NCBI GenBank assembly: GCA_964019335.1
Contig: OZ025699.1
Coordinates: forward strand, 310,001 to 374,000
Reading direction: 5' to 3'
Source: Diplonema japonicum
Taxonomy: Eukaryota > Protista > Euglenozoa: Diplonemea
DNA: 64,000 nucleotides
Shown here: positions 45,602 through 55,053 of the stretch, piece after piece
Numbering within the stretch: position 1 is the first letter of the stretch
How the letters are laid out: every line of letters begins with the position of its first letter
The notes under the pieces: model-generated
Told to the model about the DNA's origin: nothing
The model's input: the letters and a program-made list of their open reading frames with translations, nothing else
The model's database searches: none
Position numbers and translations under genes: made by a program

Positions 45602-47434
45602 TCATTCTTCGTCGGTTGTGTACAAGGAAGTTCCCACTGAATTTAGACTTTTCTGAACTCCTGCAAATCCCAGGATTGGGGTGACTTCGTTGTTCGTCTC
45701 CCTACGTTCCACGTTTCTTGCTGCCGGCTTGGCACCGCTCGGCAAGGTGTCAATATGCAACATCTTCAACATCTGTATGTGCTCAGCAACCTCATCACTG
45801 CCGGTGAAGGGTATAGCGAGAAGGCGGAGGGACTCCTCTGTGTTCCCCATCAGGAAGTGTTTCCCTGCCTCGTTGTAAGCTTCCCAAGGGTTCTCATCAA
45901 GCTGGTACATCCACTCGTCGTCGTCCTTCTCCTTGACAGCCTGCTCAGAGAGGACCTCGTAGGCCACCACATGGTACCCTTCCTGCATGGTCAGAAGTGC
46001 CAGCACAATGCGAAGCCGGAAGGCATGCGACACTTCACTGTACACAGTCCCGCTGGTGACGATGCTGAGGTTCTCTTTCCTGCAGAGCCTCTCCAGTTGT
46101 GAGGCTTGAACGGCGACCCTTCCGATGACAGCGATCGACATCAGCTCGGCACACCCGAACGACCCGCAGTGCGCTGCCCCAGTTGCGATGCTCATCGTGG
46201 TGATCATGTCGCCAGAGCTCAGCTCGGGGTGAAGCATCACAGCCGTCTCCACTGCAGCTTGTGCATAGCTGGCACACCTCTTGGTTGCGTTGAAGTACGA
46301 GTGGATGTGGTCTCCAAGGACGATACCCACAACACCGTTGTGACTCTTCACCGAGCGGAGCACCTTCTGCACGAAGTCGGAGAACGTATGACAGAAAGCA
46401 GCATGGTCCGAGATGGCCTTGTGTGTCTCCAGCAGGTTCACCACAAGGTACGACACCCTCTTCTCAATTGTGGTTGGCAGCTTATCAATCGACATGAGTG
46501 AAGAGCAGAACGACCCCGAGCGACGATGGCCCTTATCGAGGGTCGGTGTGTTAATAGGTGGCGTACCGGTGCCGGCGGTGCCTGAGATATTGATGCTGTC
46601 CTCGGAGCTCTCACTACCCCCCACGTTTTCAGGGAAACAGGACTGCGGGAGGTACGGAATGTAAATTCGAAGGTTTGCAAGAATATCGGAGAAGGCGGTG
46701 TGGAGTGGCGGGGGCAGCGACGATCCTTCAATGGCTTGCTCGGCGGACTCAAGGTCCAAGCGGGACAAGCAGCTTGCAATGTGCTCGGCAGCGGTGATCA
46801 CAGACTTCATCGACTCCTTCTCGGCATGCAAAGCTTCCGCGAAACTCCGAGTGAAGTAGAAATCCAGGAGGAAAATGATAATCTGCCCAACCCCAACATA
46901 CAGGGATTGAATCCAGGGAATAGGGCAAGGGAGGGTGTCGCAGTCACAGTACGTCTCCCTCCGTGTATCCTGCTCAGGCAACTCAAAGAGGAAGAACCTG
47001 GAGTCAAACAAACCGAAACGAGCAGAACGCTCAACTGTGATGAATGTCACCCATAAAATTACCACAGCCGTGAGGATCTTGGTGACGCGGGGGGGGAGCC
47101 GGCACACCAGCGCTATGTCAATGAGGACTATGAAGCTTGACCAAGATCTGCCAATACCGAGTGCTATTGCACTCAGATCTGCCAGCAAGTAGTACAGTCC
47201 GTACGCGTAAAGAACAAACTCCAGCGACAACAAGGATATCTGTTTGGTGATCATCAGCCTTATAAACACGAGAACTAGTGGAACGTACCCAATGCAAAGC
47301 CTGAACCTGCCATCGGACATTATCAACACCGCCGATATAGTCCCGGTCAGCGTGCCGCAGACTATAATCTTTTTGGCGATTGCGATTTGCTGGGAGTCAT
47401 CTGGGGACGCGGCTCTGTTTAAAATGCAGGACAT
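45602..47434 (-). CDS. multi-pass class III cyclase, degenerate-domain-only type with a C-terminal extension
   Basis: Near-identical to 38763-40433 over most of its length; start MSCIL inferred. Confidence 0.85.
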   Translation of the reverse strand: MSCILNRAASPDDSQQIAIAKKIIVCGTLTGTISAVLIMSDGRFRLCIGYVPLVLVFIRLMITKQISLLSLEFVLYAYGLYYLLADLSAIALGIGRSWSSFIVLIDIALVCRLPPRVTKILTAVVILWVTFITVERSARFGLFDSRFFLFELPEQDTRRETYCDCDTLPCPIPWIQSLYVGVGQIIIFLLDFYFTRSFAEALHAEKESMKSVITAAEHIASCLSRLDLESAEQAIEGSSLPPPLHTAFSDILANLRIYIPYLPQSCFPENVGGSESSEDSINISGTAGTGTPPINTPTLDKGHRRSGSFCSSLMSIDKLPTTIEKRVSYLVVNLLETHKAISDHAAFCHTFSDFVQKVLRSVKSHNGVVGIVLGDHIHSYFNATKRCASYAQAAVETAVMLHPELSSGDMITTMSIATGAAHCGSFGCAELMSIAVIGRVAVQASQLERLCRKENLSIVTSGTVYSEVSHAFRLRIVLALLTMQEGYHVVAYEVLSEQAVKEKDDDEWMYQLDENPWEAYNEAGKHFLMGNTEESLRLLAIPFTGSDEVAEHIQMLKMLHIDTLPSGAKPAARNVERRETNNEVTPILGFAGVQKSLNSVGTSLYTTDEE

Positions 47435-48333
47435 TTTGGGTTTTCTCCCCCCAACCACCACCCCCCTGTTTTTTTTTTCTTTTTTGTTTTGTTAAAAAAT
47501 TCCAGCAACCTCTTTATCTTCTCTCCGCGTTTTTGGTAGTATTTTGAAGAAAAAGAAAAAGAAATTTGAAATCTGTCGGCGAACCCGAGGGTAATCAACA
47601 GGGCAAGTCGACGAAGCCGACGGAAGCAGGCACCTCCACGGGGTCCCCACTGGGCGGCGCGCAAGGCACCGGCAAAGACACACGCTGACGTCTTTGTTGC
47701 CCCGCCGCGTGAATGGAGATTGCCATAGGTGCCATCAGAGCTGAGAAGGCTGATTGATATCAAAGCGAACGCCATGTAGAGAACGCACAGGAGGAGCAGG
47801 TGGAATCTTCGCTGACGCCGGGGCGAGGCGCACACACGGCGAGGTGGAGAAGAGCGAGGTTGTTACAAGATAGCATAAAATAAAAAACTTCGTTTTTGAA
47901 ACAATGAATATTTCGAGGGTTGAAATCCTGCACGGCTAGTGCTGAATGCTGAAAGCGACTGTGTTGAAGCCATTGGCAAAGGTAAAAAAAGAGGTGGCTT
48001 GTTGTCTGTGCAAAGTCGGGGTTGACCTGTAGAAAGATAAGCCACCACAACTTCTTCAAAAAAAAAAAAAGAAAAAATGGATCAAAAGAAAACCCTCGAA
48101 CACGCTGAGGCGCAGATAATGGTTTATTTGAAAAGGATTATATTTAAATATTGAAATAGGAGGGGTTCTCCCTCTGATTCTGGGTTGTGGGAACCATCGT
48201 CCTCGGGATTCCTCTTCATCACCCTTTATAGGTAGGTACCTCTATAAAAATTTAAAAAAGAAATACTCCCTTGTCTCTCTTGGCCCTTTCTTTCCTCTTC
48301 TTTTTTTTAAAATAAGAGGGGGGGAAAAAAAAA

Positions 48334-50281
48334 GGCGATGTTTAAGGGCAAATCCCACTCGAGGACCACCCTTAGGGGGGGTGGGGGTCTATCTCTTGAT
48401 GCTTCCTTTTTGGAGCCTCGCTTTCGTTCCGATGGCGGATACCAGTGTCTTTCGCAGACGGTTGATGCGGTCCTTCTTCAGGTTGGTCTTCAGCTCTCTT
48501 AGCCTGTCCTGGGTTTCTCGTGAGGCGAAGATCGGTCTCCTTGCAAAGCCTATCGCCGCCTTCCCTCCTATTGCCATGAGGGACTTCACTCTCGTTTTGT
48601 TCTTCGCCGGGAAAGGCCTTTTCCTTCTTGTAATGCGCACCTGTCGTTCACCTTTTGGATCAGTTTCTTGATCCTTCGCGCCTTTTCATCCTGCGTCATT
48701 CCCAGCGATCTTCGTGTCGTCGCTTCGAAGTCTAGGGCTAACTCCACCGCCGTCACCTCCGACGTCGTGTCTTCTTTAACCCATCTTAGCTCCGACATCC
48801 ATTTCAACAGCGACTCCGCGTACATCCGCAGTATCCCACTTGTCGTCCCGAGCTGTTCCAACGTCGGCGTCAAGTGCTTTACTCCTACCACTTTCCGTTC
48901 CCACGGCAGTTCTCCTCCAAAATCCTCCACTTGGATCAGTTCTTCATCACGTTTTGCTACTATCATCGCCAGGTACCTCTGCAACCTCTCCAGGTGTGCA
49001 AATCCGTGCCCCCTCGGCAAGATCCCGTGCAGTTCCAGGCAGAGAGGCCAGCCCGACCTGTCGCGTAGCGGTTCCAACCCGTCCCTCGCCAGCTCTTCCA
49101 GCGCAAGTGGGCATTCGTACAGCTGGTGCCGTAGCAGCGTCACTGTGTTCTGGTGTACTGCTGTGCATATGTCGCATCTATAATTCTGAGGAAGCATAGT
49201 CTCTCCGGGTGGTCTCGTCCTTTCTTTTCAAGTCATCATTGTCCGGTTCCTCTTCCTCACTTGCCGGGTCGAGCGGAACGGTTTTCGGTCCCGCACTGGC
49301 GTGTGGGCTTATGTAGGGGACTGCTCCTGCTATGATCCTCCTGATCTGGTAGGCTACCACCGGATCCCTCTCCTCCTTCCACAGCCTATTCGTTTCAGGG
49401 TCAGCCCCAGCCTCGAGTCCTCGTACCGTGCTCCTTTCCTTCGTGAGGTCCCCGCACCGGGCCTTCCTCACAGCTTCCCTGAAGACGTGTCCTCTTTCTG
49501 GCCATCCCATGTTCTTGCAGTCCGTCAATCGGCTCCAGCTCCATCCGATGTACGGCAGCCATCTTTTCATCAGGTTCCCAACCGGACCTCTTGGCGCCCC
49601 CCCTTCCACGTAGCGTTCTGCTATTTTCTGCAACCTTTGTCGCAGTCCTTCCTTTTCCATGCCCTCGGATATCATTTTGAGGGACCGGTACGCCACTAAT
49701 GAGGTAGGGTCGTTGGTGTGTCCCTTCAGCAGGACTGCATTCACAGCAATAGGCGAGCGGCCACGGTGGTGGGGGCCCCATAGGCATACTGTGATCCTCG
49801 TCGTCAATTTCTTGATCGTTTCCTTATTCGGCGGTGAGAAGGGGCTCGCGTATAGGCAGGAGGGCAGTATCGACGAGCTCACAAAGTGCGCTTTGGTTTC
49901 GAAGGCCAGGTTCGTGTTCCCCAGTCTATCCAGGGACCCGAATGCTTTGGTCGATGGGGCGTTCCATGTCGTTCCTGCTTCCATGCTCAGCTGCACCCCG
50001 AGTGCTCTTGCCAGCCTAGCACCTGCTTCAGTCTCGCGCTCGCCCACAGCCGGTAGATGGTGCTGGTCACCGTGATTGGCCGGTGGTTTAGGGGTGCCGA
50101 CCCCTCCCCTTTCGGTGTGAGCGTTACCAGGGCTGTTGTGATCTGCTCCGGCCATTGTCCTGTTCTCTCAACGAGGTTGAAGAGATCCGCGAATCCGCTG
50201 AGGATGGGCTTCGGCAGTCGCTTCAGCTCGCTGATGCGCCATCCATCCACTCCGCACGCTCCTTTGTCAGGCTTTTTCCTG
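48334..50281 (-). mobile_element. non-LTR retrotransposon family C, truncated, RT core deleted
   Basis: DGW..ELK, WPEQ..ALVTL.PK, RPITVTSTIYRLWA (RT N-part) joined to LGVQL; CDIC..HQLYEC; sense end AAACATCGCC-T9. Confidence 0.85.
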
Positions 50282-50498
50282 ATTAAAAAAAAAAGAAACT
50301 CACAACAAACAGGGACTACTATGTCAGGGCAAGTTATTCTCCTTAGCGTGAGCTCTTGTATTTACATATCCCCCCCCCCCCCACTTTTAAATTCCACTTT
50401 CTGTTTCAACATTGCCAGGCCGTTCAGGCACCAGTTTATAAAGAGAGCCAATGCACGAAGAGAGAGCTTAAATTCGTTTCTTTTTTCGACAAACAAAA

Positions 50499-52145
50499 AT
50501 ATATATGAGTTAAAGGAAGTCTTTGTGAGACGCCCCCTTGTTCTCATCTTCTACCTGCACCTATCCCCTTTCAGCAGCGGGTTCTCCTCCTTTGGTGGTC
50601 TTGCCGGCCTTCTCCCCAGCCTGGCCGCTCTTTCTCTTCGTTCTCTCGCCCATTGTCCTTTCAATGCCTCTAGGTCATGCTTGGTCTTCGGTGATGCAAA
50701 TATCGCCCTCCTGTTCCATCCGATCACCGCCTTTGTCCTCCCGATGGATCGTAGTGTGTGCACCCTTGTGCTCGGCTCAGCTGGGAAGGCCCTCCTTCCT
50801 TTCACCTTCTTCAGTACCCTCCCTAGCTCCCATGTGTGCCAGATCTTCTTCATCAGTCCATGCAATCTCCTCGCTTTCTGCTGTACTTCTGCGAGATCCC
50901 CCAGCTTCCCTCCAAGGGTCTTCCCGGTCACGTTCTCGAAATCCAGTGCCAGCTCCACCGTCGACACTGACGTGTTTCTGCTGCCTGCATACCAGCGCAG
51001 TTGCCGCATCCACCTCAGCACCTCCTTCGTGTACTCCCGTAGGACATCCCCTGCCGGTAGCTTGCCGAAGTCCTTGTCCGACGGTACTGGGTGTTCTTGA
51101 CCTTGTGTGATCTCCAGCCACTGGTGTGTGTGGTACACCTCCTGCCTCTTCGCTTGTAGGGCTGCGTCCCGCTCCCCCACCACCGCCAGCAGGTACCTCT
51201 GCGTTCCTTCGAGCCTTTCCCTGACATCCTTCCCTGCTCCCCTTGGCAGGATGCCATGCAGCTTCGTACACGGTTCCAGCCCCCTGCGCGTCATGCCTTC
51301 GTGTTCTTCCCGCTGTTGCACTTCCTTGGCCTTTTCGCACTCCCACAGTGCGTGCTCCAGCATGTTGGGCAGCTGTTGCTCCTGACCGCAGATGTCGCAG
51401 TGTGCCGTCGTGGGTTCGGCCTGCTTAGCTTCTTGCTTCCTCGCCTCCGCAATCAGCCACTTTTCGGTGTCCTGTCCTTCCTCTTCTTCTTCTTCTTGTT
51501 CATCTTCAGCCTCGTCTTCATCCTCGTCTTCTTCTCCTTCCGCCATCGGGATGTGCTCCACCGTGTCCGTGCGCCATCCCCGTGGGTTGATGTAGAACAC
51601 TGCCCCCGAGATGATCCTTCGCACGTCCCTTGCTGCAATCGGGTCCGTCACCACCAGCTTCCTCCACAGCGCGTTGGTCTCCGCTGCTGCCGCAGCTTCC
51701 ATGCCCCCCATGGTGCTCCGTTTGCTCATGATTTCCTGTGCTTCCGCCCGCCTGAGTCGGTCCCTGATGTAGTGCTTGTAGGGCTCCTTTTCCAGTGCGT
51801 GGGTGTCCTTCAGCTGTGCCCAGCTTAACTTGATCTGAGGCAGCCACCTTTCCATCATGATGCCCACCGGTCCCACCGGTATCTTCTTCCCGCTGTACCG
51901 TTTGGCAATGGCGTCGCAGCGTGTCCACAGCTTGTCGTCCTTCTTGCAGGCTCTGTATAGGAGCATAAGTGCTCTGTATGCGGCTGTCATCTGTGGGTGG
52001 CTCGTGTGTCCCGGCAGTGTCACGGATAGTACTGTGCCTGGGTTCCTGGTGCAGTACTTCTGCCCCCAGAGCGCGTACGTGGTCTCCTTCACCAGCGTGG
52101 CCATTTGTCCCGTTTTCGGCGGTGAGAATGGGCAGTCGTAGAGAC
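50499..52145 (-). mobile_element. 5'-truncated family B copy (longest)
   Basis: Open ORF with GPVG motif, acidic tract and zinc knuckle. Confidence 0.85.
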
Positions 52146-52315
52146 AAAAAGGGGGGGGGGGGGGAGGAGCAATGCAATTGATATTGAGAGCGTAAAAGAT
52201 TTGTGTTGTGAGCGCGAGAGGTATCAACTAGTTTAATAACATTGTTAAAAAAACAAATCTCTTTAAAAAGAAAAACTCAAAGTACAGGACAAGCCCCCCG
52301 CTAGAGGGAAACAAA

Positions 52316-52639
52316 ATGGGGCTTTGATTGCAACACTAGGTGGCGTTAAGCGTGCAATGAAGCACGAACTACCTACTTGATTACAGGGGGCGCTCCTCGG
52401 CCGAGCAGTAGCTTCTTCTGCGTTCCGCGTCGTGTCCTTAATGCGTGCGGTGTGCTCAACCCTAGCCGGGGCGTCCCAGACCAAGATTCTGCGCTCGTGC
52501 AGTTTGCTGCCTGTTCGTCACCCTGAGCATCTGCGTTACGTTCTTCCACTCGGGCGCTACCGGTGATGACCGACGAGGAGGTCAACAGCGAACAACACAT
52601 CTGATGTACTTCTTATATTTCCATGTTATCCCCACCACC
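52316..52639 (-). mobile_element. ribozyme-SINE copy 6 (ribozyme 52506-52639, tail type 2)
   Basis: Near-identical to copy 4; starts 165 nt after the stop codon of 52805. Confidence 0.85.
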
Positions 52640-52804
52640 TTAACAACAAAAACAAAAACAAAAACAAAGGCGATGTTTAAGGGCAAATCCCACTTGAGGA
52701 CCACCCTAACAAAATTTTCTCGAGGCCATGAAAAAAAGAGGAACTGAACGGACTTCTGAACCACGAATAAATACTACAACCGCAAGAGGATGGTTCAAAG
52801 GTCA

Positions 52805-54463
52805 TCAGCCGACCTCTCCTGCGAGTAGCCTGCCTTCAAGGGATTCGACTAAGATGCCTGCCTCACCCGTCCTTGCCCCCGAGATGGCAAGAAGGCGGAG
52901 GGACTCCTCCTTGTTCCCCATCAGGAAGTGTTTCCCTGCCTCGTTGTAAGCCTCCCAAGGGTTCTCATCAAGCTGGTACATCCACTCGTCGTCGTCCTTC
53001 TCCTTGACAGCCTGCTCAGAGAGGACCTCGTAGACAGATGTTTGGTTCCCTTCCTGCATGGTCAGTAGTTCCAGCACAATGCGAAGCCGGAAGGCATGCG
53101 ACACTTCACGGTACACAGTCCCGCTGGTGGCAATGTTGAGACGCTCTTTCCTGCAGAACCTCTCCAGTTGTGAGGCTTGAACAGCGACCTTGCCAATGAC
53201 GCCGATCGACATCAACTCGGCACACCCGAAAGACCCGCAGTGCGCCGTCCCAGTGCTAACCCCTCCAGACACCCTGGCCCCCGTGTCTTTGATGCTGCTG
53301 TTGATGTAGACTGCCGTCTCCACTGCAGACTGTGCATAGCTGGCACACCTCTTGGTTGCGTTGAAGTACGAGTGGATGTGGTCGCCAAGCACGATACCCA
53401 CAACACCGTTGTGACTCCTCACCGAGTGGAGGACCTTCTGCACGAAGTTGGAGAACTGCGCGCAGTATAATGATGTGTCGGCTATGCGCTCGTGTGTCCC
53501 CAGCAGGTTCACCACATAGTACGACACCATTTTTTCGTGCACTTGGGCTTGGACATCGTGGACAGGGCTTGAAGAGCCTGCCTTGCTCTTAGTAGAAGTG
53601 GGAGAGGCCGACATCCTTTCGCTGCTAATCTCCGTCGACACAATTTCACTGTTTTCCTGATTCTCATAGAGGCAAGACTGTGGGAGATAAGGACGGTAAA
53701 TGTGGAGATTTGCGAGGATGTCGGAGAAGGCGGTGTGGAGTGGCGGAGGCAGGGGCGAGCTTTCAATGGCTTGCTCGGCAGACTCGAGGTCCAAGCGGGA
53801 CAAGCAGCTTGCAATGTGCTCGGCAGCGGTGATCACAGACTTCATGGACTCCTGCTCGGTTTGAAGGGCACTGGCGAAGCCACGGGTGAAGAAGAAGTCC
53901 AAGAGGAAGATTGCAGAATAGGTGAAGAAGGTGAAGTACGCTTCGATTGGCTGCACGGAGCAAGGGAGGGTGTCGCAGCCACAGAACCTCTCTCTTTGTG
54001 TGGCTTGTGAAGGGAGCTCGGCGAGGAAGAAGTCGGTGTCGAAGAGGCCGAAGCGCAACGATCGCTCAACAGCAAGCAACAAGAGCCACAGCACAGCACA
54101 GCCCACGATGACTTTTGAAACCCGAGAAGGGAGGCAACAAACGAGAGAGACGTCGGTGAGAGTGACAAAATGAACCCAAGACCGCGTGCTACCATTTACC
54201 ACACTTGTCCAATCGCCCAGAATATAGTAAACCGCATGCGAATAAATCGCTAATTCAACAGCGAGAAAGTTCACACGTTTAGTCACCACCATGCTCACAA
54301 AGCAGCAAAGAAGAGGTCCCGTGGAAATCCATATTCTCATTCTCCCTGACAGACTCAACAGCAGCATCGAGATCACGCTGATCACAGTGGCGTAGGTCAC
54401 AACCTTCTTCGTGACGACGGTGCGTGGATCGTCCTTGGGGTCAAGTATGTATTTTAATATCAT
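52805..54463 (-). CDS. multi-pass class III cyclase, degenerate-domain-only type
   Basis: VNLLG, LGD, VAVQASQL, EWMYQL; start MILKY inferred. Confidence 0.85.
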   Translation of the reverse strand: MILKYILDPKDDPRTVVTKKVVTYATVISVISMLLLSLSGRMRIWISTGPLLCCFVSMVVTKRVNFLAVELAIYSHAVYYILGDWTSVVNGSTRSWVHFVTLTDVSLVCCLPSRVSKVIVGCAVLWLLLLAVERSLRFGLFDTDFFLAELPSQATQRERFCGCDTLPCSVQPIEAYFTFFTYSAIFLLDFFFTRGFASALQTEQESMKSVITAAEHIASCLSRLDLESAEQAIESSPLPPPLHTAFSDILANLHIYRPYLPQSCLYENQENSEIVSTEISSERMSASPTSTKSKAGSSSPVHDVQAQVHEKMVSYYVVNLLGTHERIADTSLYCAQFSNFVQKVLHSVRSHNGVVGIVLGDHIHSYFNATKRCASYAQSAVETAVYINSSIKDTGARVSGGVSTGTAHCGSFGCAELMSIGVIGKVAVQASQLERFCRKERLNIATSGTVYREVSHAFRLRIVLELLTMQEGNQTSVYEVLSEQAVKEKDDDEWMYQLDENPWEAYNEAGKHFLMGNKEESLRLLAISGARTGEAGILVESLEGRLLAGEVG

Positions 54464-54705
54464 TTGGGAGCGTCCCCTTCCCCCCCTCCCCCCTACTAGT
54501 GGTGTGTTCGAGTAATACGAAGTTACAGACAACAGAAAGCAAATTATCTCCAACAGCAGAAGCTGCTCGGGGTTAGCAAAGCAGGAAAAGTAGGATTCAC
54601 CATTTTCTGAATTGCTTGGCTTCTGGGCTTAGGTATAGGTGACCTCACATACCTGAGACCTAAGCGAAAGCCTTTGATGTTGAATATGTGCGCTTTAGAG
54701 CCAGT

Positions 54706-54983
54706 GGAAGGCATGCGACACTTCACTGTACACAGTCCCGCTGGTGACGATGCTGAGGTTCTCTTGCCTGCAGAACCTCTCCAGTTGCGAGGCTTCTGAA
54801 ATGATATTGTAAGTTAGAATAAAGAAGCGAAAAAGTGAAATAAAAAGGGGGTGAAAAAAGAAAGAATACTGCATACGAAACAGAGAGTCGAATAAAGTAC
54901 ATCCTAAACTTCTTCTCTATCGCCAGCAGTGTGCTGATACTTGCTAACAGACCCAAGATCATAATCTTTTTTGCCAACACCAT
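54706..54983 (-). pseudogene. collapsed cyclase remnant (N-terminus plus ~90-bp cyclase patch)
   Basis: MVLAKKIMILG start; 54706-54795 near-identical to 39034-39120. Confidence 0.7.
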
Positions 54984-55053
54984 AAGGGGGGATCATCAGG
55001 CCGGAGCACATATTTAAACATTTTCTTATAATTGTCAATCACTTGGTAAACGT

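Noticed and set aside
4784-48045. TTAACCTGTAGAAGGATAAG repeats as piggyBac ends
   Set aside because: No matching inverted partner end found; left as a dispersed repeat
19872-52639. tRNA- or 5S-derived head for the SINE
   Set aside because: No convincing A/B boxes or cloverleaf; the HDV fold explains the head
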